Positions 1-9,016 of a DNA stretch of 64,000 bases are shown one piece after another. The first letter of the stretch is position 1, and the number at the start of each line of letters is the position of its first letter. The notes under the pieces are model-generated. The model worked only from the letters and a program-made list of their open reading frames with translations. It was not told the origin of the DNA and did no database searches. A program made the position numbers and the translations under genes. Origin of the DNA: Alphaproteobacteria bacterium (GTDB lineage Bacteria > Pseudomonadota > Alphaproteobacteria > UBA2966); NCBI GenBank assembly GCA_964291395.2, contig OZ219858.1:704001-768000 (forward strand). Direction: 5' to 3'.

Positions 1-4
1 CCCG

Positions 5-889
5 CTAAGCGCCCAGGCCGGCACTCACGGGATCGTTGATCTGCCTGAGGATGGACGCACGTAGTTTCTTGAGCGCTTCCCGTTCAATTTGGCGGACGCG
101 TTCCTTGCTGATCCCCAACCGACGTCCCAAGACCTCCAAGGTAAGGCCATCCTCGCTGAGCCGCCGTTCTCGAATGATGGTCTGCTCGCGCGGGTTCAGC
201 TCGGCAACGGCATTGGCGATCCACTTGGAGCGCGCTGTCGTTTCCGAGTGCTCCGCCACGATTTCTTCCGGGCCAGGGCGTTCCTCGGCGAGCAGGTCCT
301 GCCACTCCTTCTCACCTGTCTCGCCCACCGGCGTGTTGAGGGAACTGTCACTGCCCGACAATCGGCTTTCCATCATGGACACGTCCCGGAGGCTCACTTT
401 CAGCTTGCAGGCAATCTGTTCCTTGCCGCTGTCATCGAGATAGGTCGCCCCGCTCCGGTCGATCCGTGCCTTGAGGCGGCGGAGATTGAAGAACAAGGAT
501 TTCTGGGCGGCTGTCGTTCCCGTTCGTACAATGGACCAGTTCCGCAGGACGAACTCCTGCATCGAAGAACGGATCCACCAGTTCGCATAGGTAGAGAATC
601 GAACCTTGCGGTCGGGGTCGAATCGGGCTGCGGCCTGCATGAGGCCCACGTTGCCTTCCTGGATCAGATCGCCCACGGGCAGTCCGTAGGAACGGAAACG
701 CGAGGCCGTGCTGATCACGAGGCGCATGTAAGGCGTTACCAGCCGCCACAGGGCAGTCTCGTCCTTCTGGTCCCGCCACCGGCGTGCCAGCTCAGATTCC
801 GTCTTCTCATCCAAGAGCGGAATCCTCATGGCCGACTTCATGAACCGTCGGTTGGCACGTTGCGTCTGCGGTGTATCGACGTATCCCAT
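5..889 (-). CDS. rpoH: RNA polymerase sigma-32 family factor (RpoH2-like)
   Basis: Sigma region 2 DLIQEGNVGLMQAAARFDP, RpoH box WSIVRTGTTAAQKSLFFNLR, region 4 TLEVLGRRLGISKERVRQIE. Confidence 0.93.
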   Translation of the reverse strand: MGYVDTPQTQRANRRFMKSAMRIPLLDEKTESELARRWRDQKDETALWRLVTPYMRLVISTASRFRSYGLPVGDLIQEGNVGLMQAAARFDPDRKVRFSTYANWWIRSSMQEFVLRNWSIVRTGTTAAQKSLFFNLRRLKARIDRSGATYLDDSGKEQIACKLKVSLRDVSMMESRLSGSDSSLNTPVGETGEKEWQDLLAEERPGPEEIVAEHSETTARSKWIANAVAELNPREQTIIRERRLSEDGLTLEVLGRRLGISKERVRQIEREALKKLRASILRQINDPVSAGLGA

Positions 890-1141
890 CGTGAGCTCGG
901 ATTACCTCAAGCTTCGAAACGCCCCATCTCGCTTCGTGAGGCGAGAGTGCGTCCACGTCAGCCCGTAAATCAGGTCACTCTTCCATATGATATTTCTTAG
1001 AATGATTTCAATATACAAATGAATGCATTACGGCCCCGAATTATTTCACCCGTTCCATATGTGGAGGATCATGGCGATGTGCGCGAATCACGTCTGATCA
1101 CGGTTTTGTGGGCACCAGTCGTGAACGACCGGGTGAGATTG

Positions 1142-1978
1142 CTAGATCTGAATCCAGTCGACCGGCCGACCGTCCAGCGTGAAACAGGCCGCCTGCAGGG
1201 CACCGCCATACCCGCAGCCTCCATCGAGGGTAGCCGTATGCGCGCCCATTTCAGGCCCCTGTCGTCGGCGGTCGTCACCTCGCACGACGCGGCTGAATCC
1301 ACAAAAGGGTTCGCTCATCGCGGTGAAATAGCCGGAACCCCACCAGAATGTGTCACCTTGCTCGGAGAGGGGTCGTGCGGGATCGACGCCGGCGGCGACG
1401 AAAAGAAGTTCTCCCTGCGGGGTATAGGCGGCGCGGCGCAGCGCCGCCATCAACTCGCCGTGGCCGGGCCGAGCATGCACGGTAGTCCGCACGGTGCTCG
1501 TGAACCTGGTGATTCCGAGCGTGCCTTCCCGGCAGACGCTGCGCGCCGCTTCGGGGTCTGCCCCGTACCCCAACAGGGTTGCGGCAACTCCCTGGCCGAG
1601 CATCCAGTCGAGGACCTCACGGGGATTCTGGGCGAATTGAAGTTCCAGGAAGCGACGCCACATTTCCTCCTGCGCGCCGCGCAGATAGACAACCGCAGAC
1701 GCGCAGAAACCGGGCCTTGCCAAGAGCTCCCTGCGAAACTTGAGCATGTCGTCCACAGTCCGGGGAACGTCGGGCCCGACACCCAGAAAGTTTCCCAGAT
1801 AGACCAAGCGGTCTCCGACTTCGATGCGCCCGCGGAGTTCGTCGTGAAGCTTCACGATGCGTTCCGCTTCACCCCGAACGGCCCCGACCGCCCAGACACG
1901 ACTGGCGCCCGCGAGGCTCGCGAATACCTGGGGTTCGGCCGGTATCGTGTTCAAAGCACGCGACCCTTCGAAAGGCAA
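1142..1978 (-). CDS. Calcineurin-like phosphoesterase homolog with degenerate metal-binding motifs
   Basis: Motif order and spacing match ApaH/PrpA-type phosphatases, but ligand positions read GAVRG, GNFLGVG, RGAQE, VAAG, VRGD. Confidence 0.75.
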   Translation of the reverse strand: MPFEGSRALNTIPAEPQVFASLAGASRVWAVGAVRGEAERIVKLHDELRGRIEVGDRLVYLGNFLGVGPDVPRTVDDMLKFRRELLARPGFCASAVVYLRGAQEEMWRRFLELQFAQNPREVLDWMLGQGVAATLLGYGADPEAARSVCREGTLGITRFTSTVRTTVHARPGHGELMAALRRAAYTPQGELLFVAAGVDPARPLSEQGDTFWWGSGYFTAMSEPFCGFSRVVRGDDRRRQGPEMGAHTATLDGGCGYGGALQAACFTLDGRPVDWIQI

Positions 1979-2035
1979 CGCGGTCCGTCGGCCTTTCCGG
2001 AGCGGCCCCGGTCGGGGTTCGACATCCCGATCAGC

Positions 2036-2740
2036 TCAGGCGGCCCGCAACATGCCTTCGAGACGTTCCGCGGCCGCCTCCTCGTCGATCCGCTCCACGG
2101 CCGCCAGCTCGCGCGCCAGGCGCTCCAGGGCCGCTTCGTAGATCTGCCGCTCGCTGTAGGACTGCTCGGGCTGGTTTGCCGAACGGTGAAGGTCGCGGAT
2201 CACTTCGGCGATCGAAACCGGGTCACCCGAGTTGATCTTGGCCTCGTATTCCTGCGCCCGGCGGCTCCACATGGTGCGCTTGATCCGTGCACGTCCTTTG
2301 AGTGTCGAGAGCGCCGTCGTCATTTTTTGTGGCGTGGACAGCTTGCGCATGCCGGATCCTTTGGCCTTCGCCACCGGTACGCGCAGCACCATCTTGTCCT
2401 TGTCGAACTCCACCACAAAGAGCTCGAGGTCCATGCCCGAGATTTCCTGCTGCTCCACGCCGGTGATCTTGCCGACACCGTGGGTGGGATACACCACGTA
2501 GTCATTCACCGCGAAAGGCAGTTTCGGCGCCTTGGGCCTGGGTGCCGCTTTCGCCGCCGTCTTCCTCACTTTCGGCGTGGCCTTTGCGGCAGCTTTTCGG
2601 GCCGGTTTGGCGGACGTCTTGGTCGCCGCCTTGGGTTTCGACTTGGCCTTTACCTTGGGTGCCGATGCCGCAGCCTTTGTCCGCGTTGTCCTGGGTGTGG
2701 CCTTTTTCCTGTCAGCCGTTTTGGCGGTCGCACTTGCCAT
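2036..2740 (-). CDS. carD: CarD/CdnL family transcription factor with a Lys/Ala-rich N-terminal extension
   Basis: VVYPTHGVGKI and RTMWSRRAQEYEAKINSGD motifs; AGGAG ribosome-binding site before ATG 2740. Confidence 0.92.
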   Translation of the reverse strand: MASATAKTADRKKATPRTTRTKAAASAPKVKAKSKPKAATKTSAKPARKAAAKATPKVRKTAAKAAPRPKAPKLPFAVNDYVVYPTHGVGKITGVEQQEISGMDLELFVVEFDKDKMVLRVPVAKAKGSGMRKLSTPQKMTTALSTLKGRARIKRTMWSRRAQEYEAKINSGDPVSIAEVIRDLHRSANQPEQSYSERQIYEAALERLARELAAVERIDEEAAAERLEGMLRAA

Positions 2741-3045
2741 GATCTCCTGTCTCTCGCAGTTCCTGTATTCGCACGGTCAGAGTGATGCACGGCTCGCAGG
2801 GATGGGCACGCCGAGGTCTTCGCCAATCAACGTCTGCCGCCGAACGTGTCGGGAGACGGCAGTTGAAAGGGCCAAGTTGTCTTGAGCCTGTCTTACAGAC
2901 TTCCCCGGGGCGTCACGCGGCGCATCTATCGGTCGCGCCTAACCCAGCGTCGTTACGCTCACAAGGTCCCATATAGCACAGTCCGGGGGCAAATTACAGG
3001 GTCAGGACTCCCGTTTGACGCCGAATCAAGCCATTTTCGGGCGAT

Positions 3046-3384
3046 TCAGCTACCCGAACCGGGGTTGGCGCTGAAATACTTCTCAAGTTTTCCGTCTTCG
3101 TCGGTGTAATCGTCCGCGTCTTCGGGCGAATCACCCTTTCGGGTGATATTCGGCCATTTCTCGGAATACTCGCGATTGAGCTCGACCCACTTTTCGACGT
3201 CGTCCTCGGTGTCGGGGATGATCGCTTCGACGGGACATTCCGGCTCGCATACACCACAGTCGATGCACTCGTCGGGATGGATGACGAGCATGTTCTCCCC
3301 TTCGTAGAAACAGTCGACCGGACATACCTCAACGCAGTCCATATATTTGCAGCGAATGCAGGACTCGGTGACGACGTACGTCAT
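3046..3384 (-). CDS. fdxA: 7Fe ferredoxin FdxA
   Basis: [29 protein letters not shown]...[12 protein letters not shown]. Confidence 0.95.
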   Translation of the reverse strand: MTYVVTESCIRCKYMDCVEVCPVDCFYEGENMLVIHPDECIDCGVCEPECPVEAIIPDTEDDVEKWVELNREYSEKWPNITRKGDSPEDADDYTDEDGKLEKYFSANPGSGS

Positions 3385-3405
3385 ACTTGGCTCCACAAAC
3401 GAATA

Positions 3406-3903
3406 TTAGCGATGGGATTGCCTCCGGTGTGCCGCTTCCGTCCCGTCGATCCCGAGACGCTCCGTGACTCTCTTGCGCGCCGCGCCCCGATCACGGTCGG
3501 ATACATATATGAGGCCGCCGATGCGGCGCAACAGGTTTGCTTCATAGTCGTGCAACACGCCATCGGCGTAAACAACCTCCCAAAGCATCTCGATGATCGC
3601 GATTCGCTCCTCGGGGGGATAGGTCTCCTTGATCGTGCGCGTGAAGCGAACGAGATGGTTGCTGTCGTCGTGAACGGCTTCCGCCTCGGCGACAAGGTCG
3701 TCCGCCTCGGCATCATCCAGCCCGAAGTGTCTGATGACGAGCGACCGGATCGATTGCCGTTCCGACCGATCGAAGTCTCCGTCCAGCCGGGCCGCCTCGA
3801 CCATCAGGACCGCCGCCGCCAGCGCGTGAACCTCGACGGTGTCCTGCGCTTCCAGGTTTCCGGCGTCGATGCCGCTGAAGAGGTTCTTGATTCGATTGAT
3901 CAC
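3406..3903 (-). CDS. TerB family protein
   Basis: AAVLMVEAARLDG...LWEVVYADGVLHDYEANLLRRIGGL pattern. Confidence 0.85.
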   Translation of the reverse strand: MINRIKNLFSGIDAGNLEAQDTVEVHALAAAVLMVEAARLDGDFDRSERQSIRSLVIRHFGLDDAEADDLVAEAEAVHDDSNHLVRFTRTIKETYPPEERIAIIEMLWEVVYADGVLHDYEANLLRRIGGLIYVSDRDRGAARKRVTERLGIDGTEAAHRRQSHR

Positions 3904-3924
3904 GGTTTCCGCCTAACACAGTGC

Positions 3925-4177
3925 ACAGCGGGCATTCAAGCCAAGACCCGGCATCACGGGCTCGACCGGGTGGGCTGGATGTTCACCCTCACCGCCGCCC
4001 ACAACCTGGTCCGGCCACCCAAACTCATCGCCAAGGAACCGACGTGATGCCCGGGAGCCGCCCAACGCCCTCCCATCCCCGCCGCGATCGAACCCCGAAC
4101 CCAATCCACTCCATCAACAGCCCGTCCAAACCAACCAACCCGGGCCGCAAACCACCAGTTCTTCAGCACCCTGCTAG
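3925..4177 (+). mobile_element. Truncated IS5/IS1182-type insertion sequence remnant (transposase C-terminus plus right end)
   Basis: Frame ending at 4047 reads AKTRHHGLDRVGWMFTLTAAHNLVRPPKL, like IS5-family DDE transposase C-termini; terminal-repeat-like TTCTTCAGCACCCTG is followed by CTAG at 4174-4177; no left end seen. Confidence 0.75.
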
Positions 4178-4539
4178 CCCTTGCCCACGAACCTCATGAT
4201 GTCGCGTCGGTCCGCTTTGGTGGGTCGACCGGCGCCGCTGCCGCGGCGTGCCGGCCCAGTCTGATCAGGGTCCGACGGCCCGGACAGATCCTCGAACAGG
4301 GTTTTGGCCTCCGCCGCGGGGCCGCGGCGGAAACCGAGCTCCGCCACCCTGACGACGCGAATTTCACGGCCTTGGGGAAACGTCAGGACGTCGCCGGCCC
4401 GTACCCGATGATTGGGCTTGGTAACGATCGTACCATTCACACGAACCCGCCGTTCCGCACAAATCTTCGCCGCCAGAGAGCGACTCCTGAAAAACCGCGC
4501 GAACCAGAGCCAGCGGTCGATGCGCAGCGACTCGCTCAT
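4174..4539 (-). CDS. hslR: S4-domain ribosome-associated heat shock protein Hsp15
   Basis: RIDRWLWFARFFRSRS...GRPTKADRR; ATGA overlap with the helicase stop. Confidence 0.9.
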   Translation of the reverse strand: MSESLRIDRWLWFARFFRSRSLAAKICAERRVRVNGTIVTKPNHRVRAGDVLTFPQGREIRVVRVAELGFRRGPAAEAKTLFEDLSGPSDPDQTGPARRGSGAGRPTKADRRDIMRFVGKG

Positions 4540-7067
4540 TTCCTCCTTCGTTCGGCCGCCACCGCCAGTTCGCCCAGTGCGGCAAAAGGGGAGTCCGAAC
4601 TCGCGGAACCCCTCGTCGTCCGCTTCGTCACGGCTTTGGCTTTCGCCGGACGCCGGTATGATCTCATGAAGACCCCTGGCTGTTCCGGCTTCGGGCGATA
4701 TCCCAGGTCTCGCATCACCCGCGCGAATTCCTCTCCCGAGCACCCGGCCAACGCCGTCAGGTCCTCACTTTCGCGGACAACGGATTTCCGGGTTTGCTTA
4801 TGGACGGCACCCGTCAATCGTTCGGCAGCGTCGGCACGGATGGCCCGGCGGCCGAGGCGAACGTACCCCGCCGCTCCGTAAAAACCGGAAGGCACGCCTT
4901 TCTGGGCCGACACGGACTGTCGCGGCGCCGGAGTGCTCCGCGGTGTCGCGGCAGGATTCCGATGCAATTGCCAGAGCTGAGCCGCCAAAGCACTGCGCTC
5001 CGGTCGAAGCATGGCGGGCAGAAAAATGCTGTTCGCGCCGAACCGCACGCCCTGTCGCCGCATCGCCGCACGTTCCACCCTCGTGAGTTGGCTGAGCTGG
5101 TTCTCGACGGCCGGGCGAGGTAGAAGTCCCATCGATTCCCGCATCTGAAACAGAATGCCCCGGCCGGCAGCGTCCACCTCCGTCTCCGTCAAGCGGGCGA
5201 GCGGCCGGAGCGTGCGCCCAATGTAATCCACCAGCCAGCGCTCAAGCCGTTTCCGGACGTGTCGGGCCCATTCCCCGTCGAGTTCCGACGGAAGCAACGC
5301 GACGCCGGGATGGAGGGCATCCTTGCCCGGCGTCAGGCGCGCGAGCGGGGATCCTCTCCAGTCGAGAGTTCGGTCCGATGTCAGCGTGATCGCCTTGTCG
5401 CCAGCCGAGGCCAGCTCTTTGGCCCGTAACTGGATCTCCCGAGAAACAACGCGCGATGCCGCAGCGCGCAGGCCGCGATTCCCGGCCGGAAGCGCGGTGC
5501 GGTCGGGAACGAAGCGGAGCCCCTCGATATGCCCGAGGGCATACCCCTCCACGACGACCGCGTCATCATCGCCCACATGCCCATAGACGGGCTGTTTCCC
5601 GTTCATCCGACGCAACAGTGCCGAAGTGCGCTCGTCCACGAATCTCTGCGTCAGCCGATCGTGAAGGGCGTCGGACAGCCCGTCCTCGACCGCGCGGGAG
5701 CGTTCCTGCCAATGCCGCGCGTCGGACAACCATTCACTGCGATACGAGATGTACGTCCACGTTCGGACATGGGCGATCCGTGCGGCGAGCGTATCGATGT
5801 CCCCATCGGTCCGGTCGAGGCGGGAGACGTGATCAGCGACCCAATCCGTCGGAAGCACACCCGCGGGCGACATGACGTGCCGATAGATTCGGCCAAGCAG
5901 CCGTGTGTGCGCTTCCGCCATCGTCTTTCGGAAGTCGGGGATCTGGCACACCTCCCACAGCGTCTTCACGGCTGCGCGGCCCTTGGCAAGCGCTGAAATC
6001 TCGGGCTCCGCGACCAGCGACTTGAGCACCAAATAGTCATCGGCGTCGCGCGCTCGGGCGAGGACATTGCGATGGGTCGCGGGTGGCGCCGCCTCGAGGC
6101 TGGCTATCAGGCTGCGGGCGGACGTAACGTCAAGAGCTACGTTTCGCCACTGGATGGTCTCGACGCGACCGAACTGATGGTTTTCGACGCGCTCGACGAT
6201 CTCGGGCGCCATGGATCCGGAGTCAGCCGTGGTTCCGAACGTCCCGTCACGCATATGGCGTCCCGCCCGTCCGGCGATCTGGCCGATTTCAGCCGGGGTC
6301 AGATCGCGACGGCTGAAGCCGTCGTATTTGTCGAGCTCGGCGAACGCAACGTGGTCCACGTTCAGATTAAGGCCCATGCCGACGGCGTCCGTGGCGACGA
6401 GGTAGTCGACGTCGCCGGCCTCGAACATGGCGACCTGCGCGTTGCGCGTGCGCGGACTGAGGGCGCCGAGAACGACAGCCGCGCCGCCCCTGTGCCGGCG
6501 GATCAGTTCCGCTGTCGCGTAGACGCCGGGTGCGGAAAAGGAAACGACCACGCTTCGTTTCGGCAATCTCGAGAGTTTCTTCCGCCCCGTGAAGGTAAGC
6601 GTGGAAAACCGCGGGCGCGAAACGAATTGCGAGTCCGGAACCAAGCGTCTGATGATCGGGCGCATGGTCTCCGCTCCCAAAAACATCGTCTCTTCGATGC
6701 CGCGCGCCCTGAGCAACCGGTCGGTGAACACGTGCCCGCGTTCGCCGTCGGCGGTGAGTTGAATCTCGTCCACGGCGAGGAACGCGAACCGTCGGTCCAT
6801 GGGCATGGCCTCGACCGTGCACAGGAAATAGTCGGCGTTGGCGGGAACGATTTTCTCCTCGCCCGTGACCAGGGCGACGCGGGAGCGGCCTACGGACGCG
6901 GCCACCCTGTCGTAGATCTCCCTGGCCAACAACCTCAGGGGCAGCCCGATGATGCCTGTACGGTGGCCGAGCATTCGCTCCACCGCAAAATGCGTCTTGC
7001 CCGTGTTCGTGGGGCCAAGCAGGGCGGTGATCCGACCGGACGCGCCATTGGGACCAACGGAACTCAT
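4536..7067 (-). CDS. Suv3/MgpS-like SF2 ATP-dependent helicase
   Basis: LGPTNTGKT, DEIQ, ATDAVGMGLNL, QIAGRAGR motifs; start may be 7079. Confidence 0.9.
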   Translation of the reverse strand: MSSVGPNGASGRITALLGPTNTGKTHFAVERMLGHRTGIIGLPLRLLAREIYDRVAASVGRSRVALVTGEEKIVPANADYFLCTVEAMPMDRRFAFLAVDEIQLTADGERGHVFTDRLLRARGIEETMFLGAETMRPIIRRLVPDSQFVSRPRFSTLTFTGRKKLSRLPKRSVVVSFSAPGVYATAELIRRHRGGAAVVLGALSPRTRNAQVAMFEAGDVDYLVATDAVGMGLNLNVDHVAFAELDKYDGFSRRDLTPAEIGQIAGRAGRHMRDGTFGTTADSGSMAPEIVERVENHQFGRVETIQWRNVALDVTSARSLIASLEAAPPATHRNVLARARDADDYLVLKSLVAEPEISALAKGRAAVKTLWEVCQIPDFRKTMAEAHTRLLGRIYRHVMSPAGVLPTDWVADHVSRLDRTDGDIDTLAARIAHVRTWTYISYRSEWLSDARHWQERSRAVEDGLSDALHDRLTQRFVDERTSALLRRMNGKQPVYGHVGDDDAVVVEGYALGHIEGLRFVPDRTALPAGNRGLRAAASRVVSREIQLRAKELASAGDKAITLTSDRTLDWRGSPLARLTPGKDALHPGVALLPSELDGEWARHVRKRLERWLVDYIGRTLRPLARLTETEVDAAGRGILFQMRESMGLLPRPAVENQLSQLTRVERAAMRRQGVRFGANSIFLPAMLRPERSALAAQLWQLHRNPAATPRSTPAPRQSVSAQKGVPSGFYGAAGYVRLGRRAIRADAAERLTGAVHKQTRKSVVRESEDLTALAGCSGEEFARVMRDLGYRPKPEQPGVFMRSYRRPAKAKAVTKRTTRGSASSDSPFAALGELAVAAERRRK

Positions 7068-7249
7068 CCCGCTTAACATCGGCCCTCACGGCCCGAGATG
7101 CAACAATCGGCTCCGCGAGGACGTGATCCCCGGCCTGTCGCCGCGAATTTTCCCGAGCGGTGTGGAGGGTCTAGCCCTCGGGCCCCTCCCTCGAACCCGG
7201 TGCCGGCCATCGTCCACGGCTCATGAGCGCCGCCGATCGGTCGTCGGGA

Positions 7250-8134
7250 TCAGGCCAGCTTCGTTACTTCGAGCGCGCACAGGGTCTCGATGAGTTTCGC
7301 CATGTGGGACTTCACGGTCCGCATGCGAGGAAGCCGCCGGATTTCGGTTTCATCCATGTAGAGCGCCCGGTTGATCTCGATCTGAAGGGCATGCACGCCA
7401 TCCGCCGGCCTACCATAGTGGCGAGTGACGTAGCCCCCGGCGTAGGGCGTGTTGCGGCGTACGGCGTATCCGAGAGAGGTCAGCAATTCTTCGACGGCAT
7501 CCGTCAGAGCGGGCAGGCAGCTCGTGCCGTAACGGTCGCCCAAGATGACATCCGCCCGCTCGCGGCCCGAATCCTTGTCCATGGGGCCGCCTACGGAGGG
7601 CATCGAATGGCAGTCGATGAGCACCGCGTGCCTGAAGGCATGACGCGTCGATTCCAGCAAGTCGGCAAGGGCGCGGTGATAAGGCAGATAGAACTCGTTG
7701 ACGCGCCGCACGGCGTCCGAGAACCGGAGCTTACCACCGTAGATTTCCGCGCCGCTCGAGACGACGCGGGCGATGGTTCCGAGGCCTCCGGCCACTCTGT
7801 AGGATCGTGTGTTCACATAGTCCGGCAGCTCCTCCTCGAACATCGTCGGGTCGAGCTCCCAGGCCTCCCGGTTGACGTCCAGATAGGCGCGCGGGAAGTT
7901 CGCGCGTATCAGAGGAACGCCATGGGACGGCGCATCTCCGAACAGTTCATCGACGAAACTGTCCTCGGACTTTCTCAGACTGTGGGGGTCGAGGCGCGAT
8001 GCCGCGAGAAGATCGTCCGGGTAGTCGGAACCGCTGTGGGGTGAGGCGAAGACGTATGGCGACGACGCCCGCCGCGGTGTGAACACCTCAAACGGGGGCG
8101 GTGCAAAATCTATCACCGCCTCAGGCACAGCCAC
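7250..8134 (-). CDS. N-formylglutamate amidohydrolase family protein
   Basis: SPHSG, DVNRE, DCHSMPS, NTPYAGGY, LQIEINRALY motifs. Confidence 0.9.
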   Translation of the reverse strand: MAVPEAVIDFAPPPFEVFTPRRASSPYVFASPHSGSDYPDDLLAASRLDPHSLRKSEDSFVDELFGDAPSHGVPLIRANFPRAYLDVNREAWELDPTMFEEELPDYVNTRSYRVAGGLGTIARVVSSGAEIYGGKLRFSDAVRRVNEFYLPYHRALADLLESTRHAFRHAVLIDCHSMPSVGGPMDKDSGRERADVILGDRYGTSCLPALTDAVEELLTSLGYAVRRNTPYAGGYVTRHYGRPADGVHALQIEINRALYMDETEIRRLPRMRTVKSHMAKLIETLCALEVTKLA

Positions 8135-8240
8135 GACTTGACTATGTAGGCCGTGGCGTGCCCGCGGGCAAGCGAAAGCACGAGCGGGCCGGCGTTTTTT
8201 TGCACCTACCCCTGATTTGCGGACGGTGAAGACGCACCCC

Positions 8241-8269
8241 TTGCCTTGTCCGTGCGATCAAATTAAAAC
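8241..8269 (+). promoter_or_regulatory. Putative sigma70 promoter of tRNA-Val
   Basis: TTGCCT-N17-TAAAAC about 70 nt upstream of the tRNA. Confidence 0.45.
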
Positions 8270-8339
8270 GCGACTCCCGTGTATTGCCCGGCAAACTTCA
8301 TGCCTGTGCCGGGTGAACAAGCCCGGCAGCGCGGAGAAT

Positions 8340-8414
8340 GGGCGCGTAGCTCAGCGGGAGAGCACTTCGGTGACATCGAAGGGGTCGTAAGTTCAATCCT
8401 TACCGCGCCCACCA
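8340..8414 (+). tRNA. tRNA-Val(GAC)
   Basis: Acceptor GGGCGCG/CGCGCCC, D arm AGCTCAGCGGGAGAGC, anticodon stem CTTCG/CGAAG around GTGACAT, GTTCAA T-loop, encoded CCA. Confidence 0.97.
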
Positions 8415-8577
8415 CCTTCCTCTTGATGTAAGTCAACGGCGTCTTCGATCCCGGCCTTACGCCGGGCGTTCGGAAAGAGTCCACGCGGGAAGCTCCTGAG
8501 CGACTTCTTCCGGGAGGCGCGAGCGTGGCCGCCGCAGCCGGGCGCGGGTCGCGGAAACCTGACGGACGGGCGTCAAA

Positions 8578-8606
8578 CTTGACAGGCTCCGCCGCCCTAC
8601 CTATGT
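8578..8606 (+). promoter_or_regulatory. Putative sigma70 promoter of rpmJ
   Basis: CTTGAC-N17-CTATGT, one mismatch to the alphaproteobacterial CTTGAC-N17-CTATAT consensus. Confidence 0.6.
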
Positions 8607-8644
8607 TTCGCGCCCGTCCGAGGCCGGTTGGACGCCGTGAGCGC

Positions 8645-8770
8645 ATGAAGGTTGTCAATTCATTGAAGACCGCGAAGAAGCGGCACCGCAATTGCCGGGT
8701 GGTGCGCCGCCGCGGCCGCGTATACGTGATCAACAAGACGAACCGGCGATTCAAGGCGCGGCAGGGTTAA
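8645..8770 (+). CDS. rpmJ: 50S ribosomal protein L36, type B (Zn-independent form)
   Basis: [41 protein letters not shown]. Confidence 0.96.
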   Translation: MKVVNSLKTAKKRHRNCRVVRRRGRVYVINKTNRRFKARQG

Positions 8771-8795
8771 ACCCCACCTGCACCCGATCGGCTCG

Positions 8796-8824
8796 AACCG
8801 CGCCACGGGCGCGGTTTCATTTTG
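8796..8824 (+). terminator. Probable intrinsic terminator after rpmJ
   Basis: AACCGCGCC-ACG-GGCGCGGTT hairpin followed by TCATTTT. Confidence 0.55.
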
Positions 8825-9016
8825 TGTGGTCGCTGCGCGACATCGAATCCCCTGACACCCGTTCCCTCGGTGCGGATCGACGGTTCGCCGTCATGAGCGG
8901 CAAGGAACTCCGAGGCGACTCCGGTCAAACCGGAACCGCTCTGGCGATCCCAATCCCCCCGTCGTATGGTTCCGCAAAGCGGAACGTGTCACAGCGCATG
9001 TGGATGGGAGCGGATC

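Noticed and set aside
1019-2785. 588-aa plus-strand ORF
   Set aside because: Antisense shadow of carD and the phosphoesterase-like gene; no recognisable motifs. Long stop-free antisense frames are expected in GC-rich DNA.
8414-8570. Genomic island integrated at tRNA-Val
   Set aside because: No integrase in the window, and I saw no second copy of the tRNA 3' end.
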